NCBI GenBank assembly: GCA_951406725.2
Contig: OX597824.1
Coordinates: 12,400,001-12,464,000 of the forward strand
Origin: Octopus vulgaris
Lineage: Eukaryota
Direction of reading: 5' to 3'
Length of the DNA stretch: 64,000 nucleotides
The position numbers and the translations under genes are program-made. This document shows, in pieces, positions 1-12,859 of this stretch. Below the pieces are notes generated by a model that saw only the letters and a list, made by a program, of their open reading frames with translations, had not been told where the DNA came from and ran no database searches. Position 1 is the first letter of the stretch. Each line of letters begins with the position of its first letter.

Positions 1-276
1 AGATCTTGACCCCCGTGACTATTGGTTGTTCCCCAAGGTGAAGAAGAAACTAGAGGCAGTCGTTTTGACGGCGAATGAGGCTGTGATAAAGGGTCCTGGA
101 CACCTTCACCTTGAAGGACTTTTATGGGGGCCTTCATGAAGTGGCTGAAGCACTACAACAAATACATTGATGTCAGAGACCCCCTACTTTGACGGAGATT
201 AGAATTTTGTACTTCTTTCAAATTAATAAATGTCTCTTGTGAAAAATATCTGAAAATTTCTGGAATTCCCCATGTA
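1..276 (+). mobile_element. mariner transposase 3' remnant with right TIR
   Basis: Translates DLDPRDYWLFPKVKKKL (cf. mariner YSPDLAPSDF.LF..LK) and then, frameshifted, GAFMKWLKHYNKYIDVR; ends in a TIR-like sequence plus TA. Confidence 0.7.
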
Positions 277-311
277 TGTATGTATGTATGCATGCGCGTG
301 CTTGTGTGTGT

Positions 312-351
<40 letters not shown>

Positions 352-1304
352 ATTTGTGTGTGTGTGTTTGTGTGTGAGGCAGTGCGAGATAGAAGGTAAA
401 AAAATAATGCATTACAAAATAAATCGGATTGAGGGGAAAAAGAAAGAACAAAAGCCCCCTCTATAACCACAATCTTATACCCCCCCCACACACACAACAT
501 ATATATGATACATTATCGTACATCCGGTACTTATATATCAGAAATGATAATAAGGTATGATGACCCACAGACAAAGAAAAAAATGCAAATATATAATGTA
601 AAGTTCAACAGCATTGAACGTAAGCCATTGGTATACTCGTGTAGGCTTAAGCTTAGGCTTACATGAATGCATGTGTCTCTGTCGGTTTCAATTTACTAGT
701 TATTGACTTATAACTCGTGTTAGTATGAAAGTGGCTGAATTGGATACACAAACACGCATATACTTAATGTAATCCTTAGGGAGTATCAATGTAACCCGCT
801 ACGTAACAAAACTAGCCCTTAGAATCAGAATCACAGATATAGTTCATTCGATGGATTTTCCATGTAATTTTCATCCAATTTCATTCTAGGGTTTGGATCC
901 ATCTCAGATCATGCTAAATGACACATCTCCAATTTAGGAGCAAATTCCTTAACTCGACGTCAGTGCCTCCGCTCAACTAAACTATAATGAATGAAAGCTG
1001 CTTATTGATTTGATTGAAACCTTTACAAAAAGAAAGCAACTTTTAAAGGCTTGGCTGTCTGGAAAAGATTTTAGATATTTTTATCAAAATGGGGTTTTGT
1101 GGTTTCTTTTATCATTGAATACTTCAAGTAGTGCTTCAATTACAAATTTTATTCAATGCGACATTTCAATTTACTGTGTGATAGTTTAACACTTGTTCAT
1201 ACTTCTGAAGATATAAAAGTTGTCTAAATATTTGCAACCGCTATCTTACATATTCAGAGTTAAAATGACCGAGTCATTTAGAGACAAAATAAGCGTAATA
1301 ATAG

Positions 1305-1535
1305 TTTCAAATTTTGGTACAAGGTGAGTAAATTTTAATGGGAGGAGGTAATTTAATTAAATCGACTACCACACCCAAATGACACTTATTTTATCATCAC
1401 TGAAAAGATGAAAGGCAAAGTCAACCGCGGTGGTATTTGAATTCAGAAAATAAAAAGCTGGAAGAAAAGGTGAAAATAAGTATAATAATCGCTGACATAA
1501 TGCAGTGGCTTTGGCTTGCTGCGAACTACCGATCT
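1305..1535 (-). mobile_element. old MetaSINE-type copy
   Basis: Degenerate aagatgaaaggcaaagtcaaccgcggtggtatttgaattcagaa matches the reverse complement of the young SINE at 12860. Confidence 0.7.
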
Positions 1536-2048
1536 TTCTATCCACTTGGCTATTCACTCTTTCCCACGGGTAACTAGGGGTTAAAAATATATTTAAAAAA
1601 GTTATACTTAAAATATTGTTCGAAATTCTTTTTGAAAAAGAAATAAAATGAGATTAACGTTAAAGTAGACTTTCATTAGACAACAATATAAGAAAACCAG
1701 ATTTTACACATGCCAATTCAGTAATAAAGAAGATTTTGAAGTGACAAAAATATTTATTCTTTTCAGATTGAAGAAAAGAACTGTTCATTCGTAAAATACG
1801 ATTAGTCTGAGTAAGTCGTGAGGAGATGTTAGTTCAAAGGTTTCATGCAAGACAGGTCTAAATGTCAGAACACACCTCACCTCACAATAAATAAACTTAT
1901 TCTATAAAAATTACAACCTGTTCTCTCCCTCGTCCCGTGTGTGTGTGTGTGTGTGCTTTACCTTTGCAGGCCGTCATAACTTTACCAGAACATTTGGTTC
2001 TATGATTCTTTCGACATCTTGTCATTGTGGTTAAATTCTAAGTAATTC

Positions 2049-2049
<1 letters not shown>

Positions 2050-2083
<34 letters not shown>

Positions 2084-2700
2084 AATTATTCTATACAGTG
2101 CAAAGGTGCACCACAACTTGTCAAAAGAGCTTATAAAGCATCTGCAGTAATATATAAATGTCTGGAAAGTGAACAGTGTATGAGTTAGAAACATGCTTGC
2201 GTGTGTATGGAGGAGAGAAAATCAGGTGTAGTGTTGGCGAATCTCAGGAAGCATAGAAGTTTTGAAGGATGCAGTGCTTTGACAACTAACAACTGATGCC
2301 AGCAGTTTGTTCCATGCTTCAGCAACTCTTAGCGTGAAAAATGTTTCCGAAAGTCATGAGAGCTGTGCTGTTTTTCTGACTTTGTAAACATGTCCACGGG
2401 TGTTAGACAGGTGGAGTTTGAAAAGGTGCTCAGAGTTATTGTTTGTACGATGGTTAATAATTTTATGGCTGTCTGCCAAGTCAGCTGCCAGACGTCGGAG
2501 TTTCAATGTGTCCATGCCCAGGGAAGTAAGGCGTTCAGAATATGGCAAATGCCTGATGGAGGGTATTCTCTTGGTTGCACGTCGCTGAACGGTTTCCAGA
2601 ACGATTAATATCTTGGGCAAGATAGGGTTCCAGACTGGTGATGCAAATTCCAGGTGAGGCCGCACCATAGCTATATAAAGCCTCAGGTAGATAGCCAATT
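2050..2700 (-). mobile_element. 5'-truncated CR1/L2-like LINE (RT C-terminus, 3'UTR and simple-repeat tail)
   Basis: ORF 2354-2713 reads LYIAMVRPHLEFASPVWNP..LETVQRRATKRIP..LPYSERL..L..RRL..DL, the typical CR1-group post-RT region; ends at (TAA)n; homologues at 30400 and 51570. Confidence 0.9.
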
Positions 2701-2704
2701 TGTT

Positions 2705-2911
2705 TTCTTTCACTTGTTTCAGTCATTGGCTGCAGCCATGCAGAGGTACCGTCATTAAGAGATTTCAGACGAATAAACCAACCCCAGTACTTATTTATAC
2801 AAAAATCTTGTACTTATTCTATCGGTCTCTTTTGAACTGCTAGGTTACGAGTATGTAAACAGACTAGCACTGATTGTTAAGCTGTTGTGGGACAAACACA
2901 AACAGAAACAG

Positions 2912-2969
<58 letters not shown>

Positions 2970-2971
2970 AC

Positions 2972-3031
<60 letters not shown>
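2705..3031 (-). mobile_element. CORE-like long SINE, 3' half (diverged)
   Basis: acttgtttcagtcatt...gtacttattctatcggtctctttt...gggacaaacaca-(CA)n matches the family copy at 18373. Confidence 0.8.
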
Positions 3032-3033
<2 letters not shown>

Positions 3034-3159
3034 CTTACTTTTTGTCGAAAGTACTTGCATCGTGAAAGAAACGGAATTATTTCAGCTGAGGCTGATCTAG
3101 TTACCAATTCCTATCCTTCAAACCCACGAAATTTGTGATTTTTGCTAATGTCATAAATT

Positions 3160-3350
3160 ATTATTATTATTATTATTATTGAGTGGGAGAGCAGTGCATG
3201 CCATCAAAGTTACACTGGGGTAAAATATACGAAGCCCGGTATACCCATCATGACTACCCGTCTGATAAGGGTACACTAGGCACATGCATCACAAGCATAT
3301 GTGCGCGACATGGTGATCTCATATCAAGATAAACAACGCATGACCTGCGG
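3160..3350 (-). mobile_element. (TAA)n-associated retroposon end fragment
   Basis: Near-identical to 24262-24435; abuts (ATT)n. Confidence 0.75.
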
Positions 3351-3917
3351 GGTCCATCTAAATGACTGGCCCCCTCCACCAAAATTTCGGGCCTTGTGCC
3401 TAGAATAGAAAAGAACAGTGGACAGGACAGTATCACGTTAGTAAGGAGACTACACAACAGCTTTGGTTGTTACTATGGAAACAGGCACCAATATCTCGGT
3501 GACTTTCGATTGGCTAAAATTACATAAAATTCGCCAACTTTAAAAGCAGTCAACGTTTTATTTATTAATTTACGGCAAAAAGGAATTTCATATCCATACA
3601 AAAATACATTAATACACCAAATCTGAAATGAATTGGAACAAAATTGAAGGAAAATCAAACAGAAAAAAATCCGGTAGCGCTAGTAGTAGTAGTAATAGTG
3701 TTGGTGGTGGTGGTGATGGTGGGGTAGAGTAGTAGCTGAAGCTGTTACAAGGATATGAAATGTCATCGCCACCAAAATACTTTGACACTAACTGCTACCA
3801 CTGACGAAATAACGCCACACAAAAAATATTTGCAAACATTTGATGGTTTGATGTTGTTTTAGTCGTTTCTCCTCGTTGTCGATGCTGTTGCTGTTGTTGT
3901 TACCGTTGTTGTTGCTT

Positions 3918-3948
<31 letters not shown>

Positions 3949-4089
3949 CGACGTTGTTGACATGATGTGCCTTTGAACATTTGCACTTTCATGCGGCAAG
4001 GTTCAACTTTGTCACTCCAGTAATTAGAGACGATCCCATATATATTCATTCACGCATACACCGGCAAATACGCTTGCATAGACGCTCAC

Positions 4090-4132
4090 ACACACATAAA
4101 CACACACCACACACAGCACACACACATGTATA

Positions 4133-4166
<34 letters not shown>

Positions 4167-4325
4167 AATACATATATATATATGTATATATATATATGTA
4201 TGTATGTATCTATCTATCTATATATATATATATGCATATATACATATATATATAAATACATATATATATATGTATATATATATATATATGCATACATACA
4301 TATATATACATATATAAATACATAC

Positions 4326-4386
<61 letters not shown>

Positions 4387-4499
4387 GCAACAATGCATCA
4401 GCTTATCTATTAAGCTACATGGAAACTTTATATTCATATATACATACACACACACATATATATCATATACATATAGAGAGTTATACACACATAGACGCA

Positions 4500-4581
<82 letters not shown>

Positions 4582-4664
4582 ATCTGGCAAACTATGACAT
4601 TTCATGTGTCATTCAGGTTAGAAACAAATTACCATCTGTAGATCATTCCCGTGAGCTAGTGAAT

Positions 4665-4697
<33 letters not shown>

Positions 4698-4840
4698 GTG
4701 TGTGTGTGTGTGTGTTGGCTATTGTATATCATGCACATATCTAAGTGCTCTGAGTGTGTTTGCGTATGTGTACTGTTTAAGTATGTATGTCAATGGTATG
4801 TGTGAGTGGTATTAAGTGAGAGCGTCAGAGAGACCGAGAG

Positions 4841-4883
<43 letters not shown>

Positions 4884-4902
4884 CAGATAGACAGATAGAT
4901 AA

Positions 4903-4934
<32 letters not shown>

Positions 4935-4964
4935 GGGTAGGTATATATATATATATATATATAT

Positions 4965-5045
<81 letters not shown>
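4090..5045. repeat. compound microsatellite block (TA, CA, GACA, GATA)
   Basis: Directly visible. Confidence 0.95.
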
Positions 5046-5046
<1 letters not shown>

Positions 5047-5238
5047 TGGTAGGACTTCCTCGTTAAGATATGGAGCTATGGAGCAGCTGAACGCATTATT
5101 TTATGCTATCTCCCTGTTGCTAAAGGTTAAGACCATCTGCATTTGGGAGGTCATTTATCAAACATTGTTACGAGGCAGTCCGATGCTTTAATCCGGTGTT
5201 TTACAATTTCAGTGTTAGTTATGTAGACTCAAAATGTA

Positions 5239-5269
<31 letters not shown>

Positions 5270-5415
5270 TGTTGATGTCATAAGGGTTTTTATAAACTTT
5301 GAGAGAATGTGAATTAATTCTTCTTTTCTGGATTGCTGGATCTCGTAACAAATAAAGGTATGAATAATAGTATATAAATAATAGGTTTAATAAGCTCATT
5401 GGGACTGAAACTCAC

Positions 5416-6400
5416 ACCTGACAAAGAAAACTGACAACGAACCAACGCTGAACAGACGCAACAAGGAAAAACAAAGGGAAAAAAAGAAAGGAAGAAAGAA
5501 AGAAAGACCAACAATTGAACCAATAAATTTTGAATGTGCAATTTACAAAAAAAAAATGTTTTTTTTTGTTTTTTTTTTGTTTGTACTGTGTGCACAGAGA
5601 ATAGAAAAAAAATTCTTTTCTTTTTTTTGTTTTTACCAACCTTCGTCGCGTTTTAATCGAGAAAAAAAATTTCTTCTCTTTTTTTTTTTTTCGTGCGTGA
5701 GTGCAGATGAAGAAACAAACTGTTGAAAGTGACTGGAAAACAGGTTGGTTGTGTTTCAGACTTGGCAGAAAAACTGGATTTTTTTCTTTTTTTTTTTTTG
5801 TTGAGTGTTCTCTGGAACTTCGGGGTCACCACTGTAAGGAAATGTGAATATCTTCTCCTGACCTTTTGGGGGTGCGAGAAGCAATCACTTTCCGTTGCTT
5901 TTATATCCAGACTCTATCAGTCAAAGAAACACAAAACGCAGACGTAAAAAATAGATATACTTTATTGTTTTATGGTGAGAGATCAGTGGTATATCTGATA
6001 TCCTTGGTTCTGGGCGCGCAAGGCTGAAAGTTAATCGATTGTAATATTTACAATGTTCAGCCGCTAAAAACAGAACGGGTTAAAGATGGCCGCCGAATAT
6101 GAAGACGATGTTGTCCGCAACAATTTGGTAAAAACCTTCGGCCGACTGCTATCAAAGCTGGACAGAGAGAAATATACGTCTGCTTGTATCAAAGGCCTTC
6201 TGCTGTCTCTGCTGGACGCTGTCTCTCGTCAAGGTTTTTGCGTTCCCTTGCCTCTTTTCTAAGGGTCGCTTTTCCTAGCCAATCAGCTAATTCCACGATA
6301 GCAATATTTCCTCTTGGTGATGAAAACACGCGCGAATCAGAAAAGGGCGTTGCGCGCGCGCGCTGTTGTATAGCGTCACTACAGTTCTCTTGTCATGTTT
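5416..6400 (-). promoter_or_regulatory. candidate promoter and non-coding first exon (TE-free, CpG-enriched island)
   Basis: TATAAAAG on minus strand (5898-5905), AGCCAATCAG CCAAT box (6277-6286), YY1-like AAGATGGCCGCC (6083-6094), (GC)6 run at 6352-6363, minus-strand donor GTGAGT (5410-5415); no recognisable repeats. Confidence 0.5.
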
Positions 6401-6764
6401 GCTTTACCAAAGCCACAAATTTCTCGCTAGTAAGTTTCTAAAATAGATAGGGAGATTTGAAGGGTTGCTTTTAACCAACGCCTCTCATATCACGCACCAC
6501 TACACCTTAAACCACCATACCACACAACTCATCACATCATAACACACCACCACACACACATCAGCACTGACCTCTTCCCAGACCCACATTTTCACAGCTA
6601 CACACACACACACACACACGCACTCGTCAAGATCACCAGCCCACTTCCACACGCACATACACACTCTCCTATACACACGCACGCTCATCTTCATTTTGGA
6701 ATCACCACTACTTTATTATCCCCCCTTCTCCCTAGCTCTTCTGTACGGCCTTTGCCATGATAGA

Positions 6765-6955
6765 TCGCTAGCCGCTACACATTCTTTATTTTCTCTCCTT
6801 GTTTCTTTCTGTGTTCCTTTCTGTAGAAGAGCGTAGGCTCGAAACGTTAAAGACTTTTTCACTTCCCGAGCGTTATACTAATACATCTGTTTGTTGCCTA
6901 CAACACCTGTCTTCCTCTTTTGGTTTTTTTTTTGTGAATTCTCCCTATATATATA
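6765..6955 (+). mobile_element. Penelope-like pLTR remnant with hammerhead-like motif
   Basis: CTGTAGA-A-GAGCgtagGCTC-GAAA-CG-TT-AAAGA at 6821-6853; ends in (TA)n; copies at 49380(-) and 63010(+). Confidence 0.65.
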
Positions 6956-7121
6956 TCGTGAAGTATATTTGCCACCTAAATGTAGCAGACCCATAGGGGA
7001 CGATGTTACTGTTATTTATAATCCCAGGAAGACATCTCATCCAGCTGGTTAACGACACACTGAGTCCGATTAGTACCTGCGAAGGGAAATCATCGTTCCC
7101 ATCTCTAGACTTACGTGATAC

Positions 7122-7162
7122 CACAGACCCGGGTTTCTGAATAGTAACCCATCATCAGTGTG
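7122..7162 (-). ncRNA. minimal type-I hammerhead ribozyme (canonical core)
   Basis: Minus strand CACA-CTGATGA-TGGGT(tact)ATTCA-GAAA-C(CCGG)G-TC-TGTG: stem I CACA/TGTG, intact core, GUC site, palindromic loop III. Confidence 0.75.
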
Positions 7163-7295
7163 TGATAATCACCAGCTCACCAGCTAGCATTACGCTTGAA
7201 AGTCAATTTATCAACGAATTTGTATCAAAGTGTCTTGATTCATGTAACTCTAAATAAATTTGTTGGGTGCCCTTCTTTCGTTTGTCCATTCACCC

Positions 7296-7331
<36 letters not shown>

Positions 7332-7351
7332 CATCTATATATATATATATA

Positions 7352-7650
7352 TATCACCGTGACCAGGCAGGCTATCAGATGTTGCTACACATCGCTGGTC
7401 ACAATGCACTTCATATTGTTTTAGCCTTCAAATGACGCCACCCCGCTGGCTCAGCGAGGAGGCCAACAGAAGAAAGAGTGAGAGAAAGTTGTGGCGAAAG
7501 AGTACAGCGGGGTTCACCACCCTTCCCGCCGGAGCCTCTTGGAGCTTAGGAGTTTTTGCTCAATAAACACTCACAATGCCCGGTCTGGGAATCGAAACCG
7601 CATTCTTACGACCGCGAGTCTGCCCTAACCACTGGGCCATTGTGCCTCCA
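7352..7650 (-). mobile_element. tRNA-derived SINE, head type A
   Basis: Reverse complement of ggaggcacaatggcccagtggttagggcagactcgcggtcg...ggtttcgattcccagaccggg (A and B boxes); homologous to 48572. Confidence 0.85.
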
Positions 7651-7744
7651 CAAGGTGGTGCTGTAGAAACTTTGGCCACATCTAGCTATGTTACGTCATT
7701 AGTCTAAAGTTGATGTGTGTCTTTTTTCATTGTTATTAAAAGTG

Positions 7745-8060
7745 TGAATACGCTGACTTAGTGGTTAATGTATTCGGCTCACGATTCTAAGGTTGTGAGT
7801 TCAATTCCCGGCGGCGTGTTGTGTCCTTGAGCAAGACACTTTATTTCACGTTGCTCCAGTCCACCCAGCTGGCAAAATTGGGTGGTACCTGTAATTCAAA
7901 GGGCCATCCTTGTCACACTCTGTGTCACGCTGAATCTCCCTGAGAACTATATTAAGGGTATGTGTGTGTCTGTAGAGTGCTTGCACGTTAATTTCACGGG
8001 CAAGCCGTTCCATTGATTGGATCAACTGGAACCCTCATCGTCGTAACCGACGGAATGCTA
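7745..8060 (+). mobile_element. tRNA-derived SINE, head type B with tail X
   Basis: cttagtggtta..gagttcaattccc..gtgtccttgagcaagacactttatttcacgttgctccag; homologous to 9653. Confidence 0.85.
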
Positions 8061-9211
8061 GTTTTGTTATTAAAAAGTACCATTCATAACTGCGTCGATC
8101 TCCATGCAAATAAACATTGAAGACTCTGGTGATTGCAGGAACTTGTTTGGGAGCCTTCTGTTTGAAGATAATCGAAGAAACATCGTCAAGAACAGTTGCC
8201 TTGCTGGTCGGGTAAAAAGGTAAAATATTTCTATTGTATACTGGTAGATTTAGGCATGCAACCTTGCAGTATTGCAACACAGCATTTTTAAACACCAGCG
8301 TGGGTTCCCAAACAAATATCTAATATCCTTTTCGCTACTGAAAATCGAGTGATTCTGGTAGATAAAGGAGACCACCCACCGATACGTAGGAGCAGAACAA
8401 TGTGTTTAGATATTAAGAAAAAAGAAAATTATAGAAACGTATCACTTGTCGTTGATATTCAGCAGTATATTTTTCTGGCCGAACTGACAAAAATATGCAT
8501 AAAACGGGAACAAATGCTAAATTAGCGTTAACATGTTTCATGAACGGAGCTTTAAAAGCTAACTGGAAATAATTATGCGATAAAGAAATATGTATATAAT
8601 GGTATAAAAGACGCACAAGTAATAATGGGTACACCCTGAATTTCAGCAGCGCATATTCAGGACAAAGAAAGTTTTTTTTATTAGTGCATTAAAGCTTAAT
8701 GGAGGCCAACATTCGGATGTAGGATTCCGGGTAATCCTTTTGAGACATTTTATTTGGGGAAAAAGTACGTCTTATACGTTGTCAAATACATTGTAATATT
8801 TCCAAATGATGAATTTACTATGCATTTAAATATTTTGTTTTAACCAGTACGGCAGAAAATTGCGAACGTGTTTCGATGTCATTAAATAACTTTGCACAAT
8901 ATTGTACATTTGTTGACGCAGAAGATAGAATTGTTTTAAGATTAAATAATTCATAAACTATAAATCATGCGAGTAGGATAGTCATTACTTTAAATACTAT
9001 ATATCAACATAGACCATATTGAAATATGAAATATTTATCAAGATAAAATAATGATTTGATTTTTCAAATGTCATGTATTTAGTATTACTTGAATCGTAGA
9101 ATCCTTTCACATATGCAACATGAGATCTCAGGAAGTACAGGATCCGTAGCATATGCTATATTTGATTGCTGCTATGATTATCTACCCCTGGACATTGTGG
9201 GTTAGTAGATC

Positions 9212-9381
9212 CACCAGCGTAGCTGGGGGTGGGGGGTAGAAGGGGCGGTCCACCCCGGGCGGTAGTTTTAAAGGAGCAGTACTTTTGGGTCTGCTGTAGG
9301 TAATACGTGTTTTTTTGTGGGGTATGAGGGCGGCAAACAGAAGGACCACCCCGGGTGGCACACACTCTAGCTATGATGGTG
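9212..9381. mobile_element. hAT-type MITE
   Basis: Imperfect TIRs caccagcgtagct/agctatgatggtg; 8-bp TSD agtagatc at 9204-9211 and 9382-9389. Confidence 0.75.
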
Positions 9382-9652
9382 AGTAGATCATTACCTTTTA
9401 CTGTAGCCAACGAGTGAGCAACAACGTAGCCACTTTCAACCTGTTGTAACAGCCATCTGTTCCTCAAATAACCCCTTATCGTTCTAAAAAAGGGAAGAGC
9501 ACGTTAGGTCACATAGTCTTAAGTACTCCTAAAATGACAGACTGGTCGTGGCTGGAACGCTTCTGTTCGTACGTCTACTCAATCTGAATTGACCTGGGAT
9601 TAAACAATACTAACACCAAACTCTTACACAAAGGCAATATGCTAGTAGAGTG

Positions 9653-9975
9653 AAGGTGCGTGGCTTAGCAGTTAGGGCTATTCGGTTCACTATCGTAAGA
9701 TCGTGAGTTCAATTCCTGGCAGCTCGTTGTGTCCTTAAGCAAGATACTTTATTTCACATTGCTCCAGTCTACTCAGCTGGCAAAAATGAGTTGCACTTGT
9801 AAATCAAAACCCCAGCCTTGTCACACTCTGTGTCACACCGAATGACCCTGGGAACTACGTTACGGATACATGTGTCTGTGGAGTGCTCAGCCACTTGCAT
9901 ATTAATTTCACGAGCAGGCCATTCCGTTGATTGGATCAACTGGAACACTCGTCAACGTAACCGACAGAGTGCCAG
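9653..9975 (+). mobile_element. tRNA-derived SINE, head type B with tail X
   Basis: Full-length homology to 7745-8060. Confidence 0.85.
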
Positions 9976-10044
9976 TAAAAAGGCTACGGGCAGTGGTAAG
10001 TTATGGGGGCCGTAAACAAAGCAACACTAGTTGTCAACCGACAG

Positions 10045-10094
<50 letters not shown>

Positions 10095-10135
10095 TTAATA
10101 TATACATATACACGACTGGCTTCCACTCAGTTACC

Positions 10136-10367
10136 TATTTCTTTATTACCCACAAGGGGCTAAACATAGAGGGGACAAACAAGGACAGACATAGGTTTTA
10201 AGTCGATTATATCGACCCCAGTGCGTAACTGGTACTTAATGTATCGACCCCGAAAGGATGAAAGGCAAAGGTCGACCTCGGCGGAATTTGAACCCAGAAT
10301 GTAACGGCAGACGAAATACGGCTACGCACTTCGTCCGGCGTGCTAACGTTTCTGCCAGCTCGCCGCC
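10136..10367 (-). mobile_element. young MetaSINE-type monomer
   Basis: tRNA-like head plus gcctttcatcctttcggggtcgat..aagtacc domain; 15-bp TSD ttccactcagttacc (10121-10135, 10368-10382). Confidence 0.9.
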
Positions 10368-10988
10368 TTCCACTCAGTTACCGTCCACCAAATTGACTCA
10401 CTAGAGATTGGTCAGCCTGGATTTATTGTAGAACACTCTGGCCCAAGATGCTAGCCAACGAAGACTATCACAAATTTTGTGGAATTCCACTGCGTCACCA
10501 CCATGACGGACTTTCTAGCATGCTATTAACTGTAGACGAGTGTTTGCACTCTTGTGCTGGTTGCAGTAATCGGGCTTTGATCTCTTACGTAGCTGGAACA
10601 GGTTTGTACAGTAAACAACAAACTGCATTTACGAAACATTGCCTTCTGTAGACAATTTGCTATTCAGACAACAATACAAATAAATCATACGACGAGGCGT
10701 GACAAAATATGTTCTGCATGAGTTCTGTAAAGGCGTTGATGAAAAAAATGTTGTTGAATCGGTTTAGTCGTTCTTGCCCACGCAAAATGATTTGAGAAAA
10801 GAAACAAAGAAAGAACGTTCGAACTCTGTTTAATTTGACATGACTTCACCGTGGTAACCTATAAACCACTCGTACCTTATCTGTCGAACATCAGATCTTT
10901 ACGTACTAATAACCAGACCAACAATAAGTAAGTAAAAATCACGAGTATTTTTAAAAAGGATATTTCACGTAACAAATGTAAGTAAAGC

Positions 10989-10992
<4 letters not shown>

Positions 10993-11074
<82 letters not shown>

Positions 11075-11401
11075 GAGAGAGAGAGGAGAGAGAGGGGAGA
11101 GAGAGACGGGGGAGACAGAGAGAATTACAAATTCCATAAATTCTTATTTACGAACTTATAAAGAAGTATATATTAAAAAAATAATTTCATGAACCAGCGA
11201 AATCGATAGTACTGCGTCTTAAATGCCAACTGTTGCCGTCCTATTGTGCCTCCTTCTCCTCCTCCTCCTCCTCCTCATCATCATCATCACCACCACCACC
11301 GCCACAATCATCATCACCATCACCACCACCACCACTACCACCACCGCCACCACCACCGCCACAAACACCACCACCACCACCACCACCACCACCACTACCA
11401 C

Positions 11402-11439
<38 letters not shown>

Positions 11440-11460
11440 CCATCACCATCATCATCATCA
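10993..11460. repeat. (GA)n and (CCT/CAT/CAC)n microsatellites
   Basis: Directly visible; source of the poly-His/Thr/Pro ORFs. Confidence 0.9.
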
Positions 11461-11496
11461 ACTATTGAACATTGCTGTATTGAGTCTTAGAACTCA

Positions 11497-11740
11497 TAGG
11501 GCCGGTTTCTCGGTTTCGATGATGTATAAAGTAACCGAAAGATCACGCCATTCCCCCCGCATCCCTGAACGGGACGCCAACCAGTCACAGGTTTACTCAC
11601 TCCCAGCCGAGTAGGTTGGAGCAACTTGGAACGAAATTTTTCCCTCAAGAATATAACGCACTACCCGGTCCGGGAATCGAAGCTGTGATCTTGCAACTGT
11701 AAATGCAACACCTTAACCACTAGGCCGTACGCTTTCACCC
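11497..11740 (-). mobile_element. tRNA-derived SINE, head type B with tail Y (diverged)
   Basis: Reverse-complement homology to 59537-59790. Confidence 0.7.
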
Positions 11741-11875
11741 CTATTTTACAGATGAGAGATAAATCTCCTCTCGGTTAGGAAACTAACCCTACCACTGTTA
11801 GCCTTACTGGTCATGTAAGTTAACTATTCTGTTCCTCACAGCTGTAGTATATTATTTGTATATTATATAAACGAA

Positions 11876-12013
11876 GTACTTGCTTACCAGCCACATGGTT
11901 CTGGGTTCAGTCCCACTGCGTGGCACCTTGGGCAAGTGTCTTCTACTATAGCCTCGGGCCGACCAAAGCCTTGTGTGTGGATTTGGTAGACAGAAACTAA
12001 AAGAAGCCCGTCG

Positions 12014-12047
<34 letters not shown>

Positions 12048-12081
12048 TGTATGTATGTATGTATGTATGTATGTATGTATG

Positions 12082-12114
<33 letters not shown>

Positions 12115-12272
12115 GTATGCATATGTTTGTGTGTCTGTGTTTGTCCCCCCAACATCGCTTGACAACCGATGCTGGTGTGTTTACGTCCCCGTAACTTAGC
12201 TGTTCGGCAAAAGAGACCGATAGAATAAGTACTAGGCTTACAAAGAATAAGTCCTGCGGTCGATTTGCTCGA
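11876..12272 (+). mobile_element. CORE-like long SINE with internal microsatellite
   Basis: ccacatggttctgggttcagtcccactgcgtggcaccttgggcaagtg..(TATG)n..tgtttgtccccccaacatcg..ggtcgatttgctcgac. Confidence 0.9.
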
Positions 12273-12617
12273 CCTGCTAGATGTGACAACCAAATTTCCC
12301 TCAATTTTCCCCAGTTACACCCCATAGTTTTCCATCAATTCCTTTTTACATCCCATAGTTTTCAAACTGGAGGGATTCATTGGATAATGTAGTAAATATA
12401 AAGTCACAGTGTTTGAGAGATGGACGGGGTGATCATGGCTGGAATGCCTACGGACATAGGTATACTTAGCCAGACTAAGCTGGTACTAAACAACAACAAC
12501 AAAATAAAAAGGAAAACAGTAACATCAAATCTTTCACACCATAAAGTGGTATACCACGATAAACGTAGCCAGATAGGATTTGATTGGCGTAAAAACATCC
12601 TCCCAAACAACTTCTAT

Positions 12618-12822
12618 ACTGGTTTCAAATTTGACAAACGACCAGTAATATTATGGGGGATGGGGGAAGTCGATTACATCGACCTCCAATCTTCAATTGG
12701 TACTTTATTTTATCAGTCTCCGAAAGAACGAAAAGCAAAGTCGTCTTGGCGGAATTTGAACTCAGAACGTAAAGAATCGGAAGCATTTTGTCCGACGCGC
12801 TAACGATTCTGCCAGTTCGCCA
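12618..12822 (-). mobile_element. older MetaSINE-type copy
   Basis: Reverse-complement homology to 12860-13082. Confidence 0.75.
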
Positions 12823-12859
12823 TTTGGGTTACGTCTCTATGACAGTATAAGGGTTTCAT

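Noticed and set aside
1767-1810. Possible plus-strand micro-exon (ttttcag..gtaagt)
   Set aside because: Stops in all three frames; the splice-like motifs could be chance.
11219-11614. Poly-His/Pro/Thr ORFs
   Set aside because: Trinucleotide microsatellite open in several frames; no splice or domain context.
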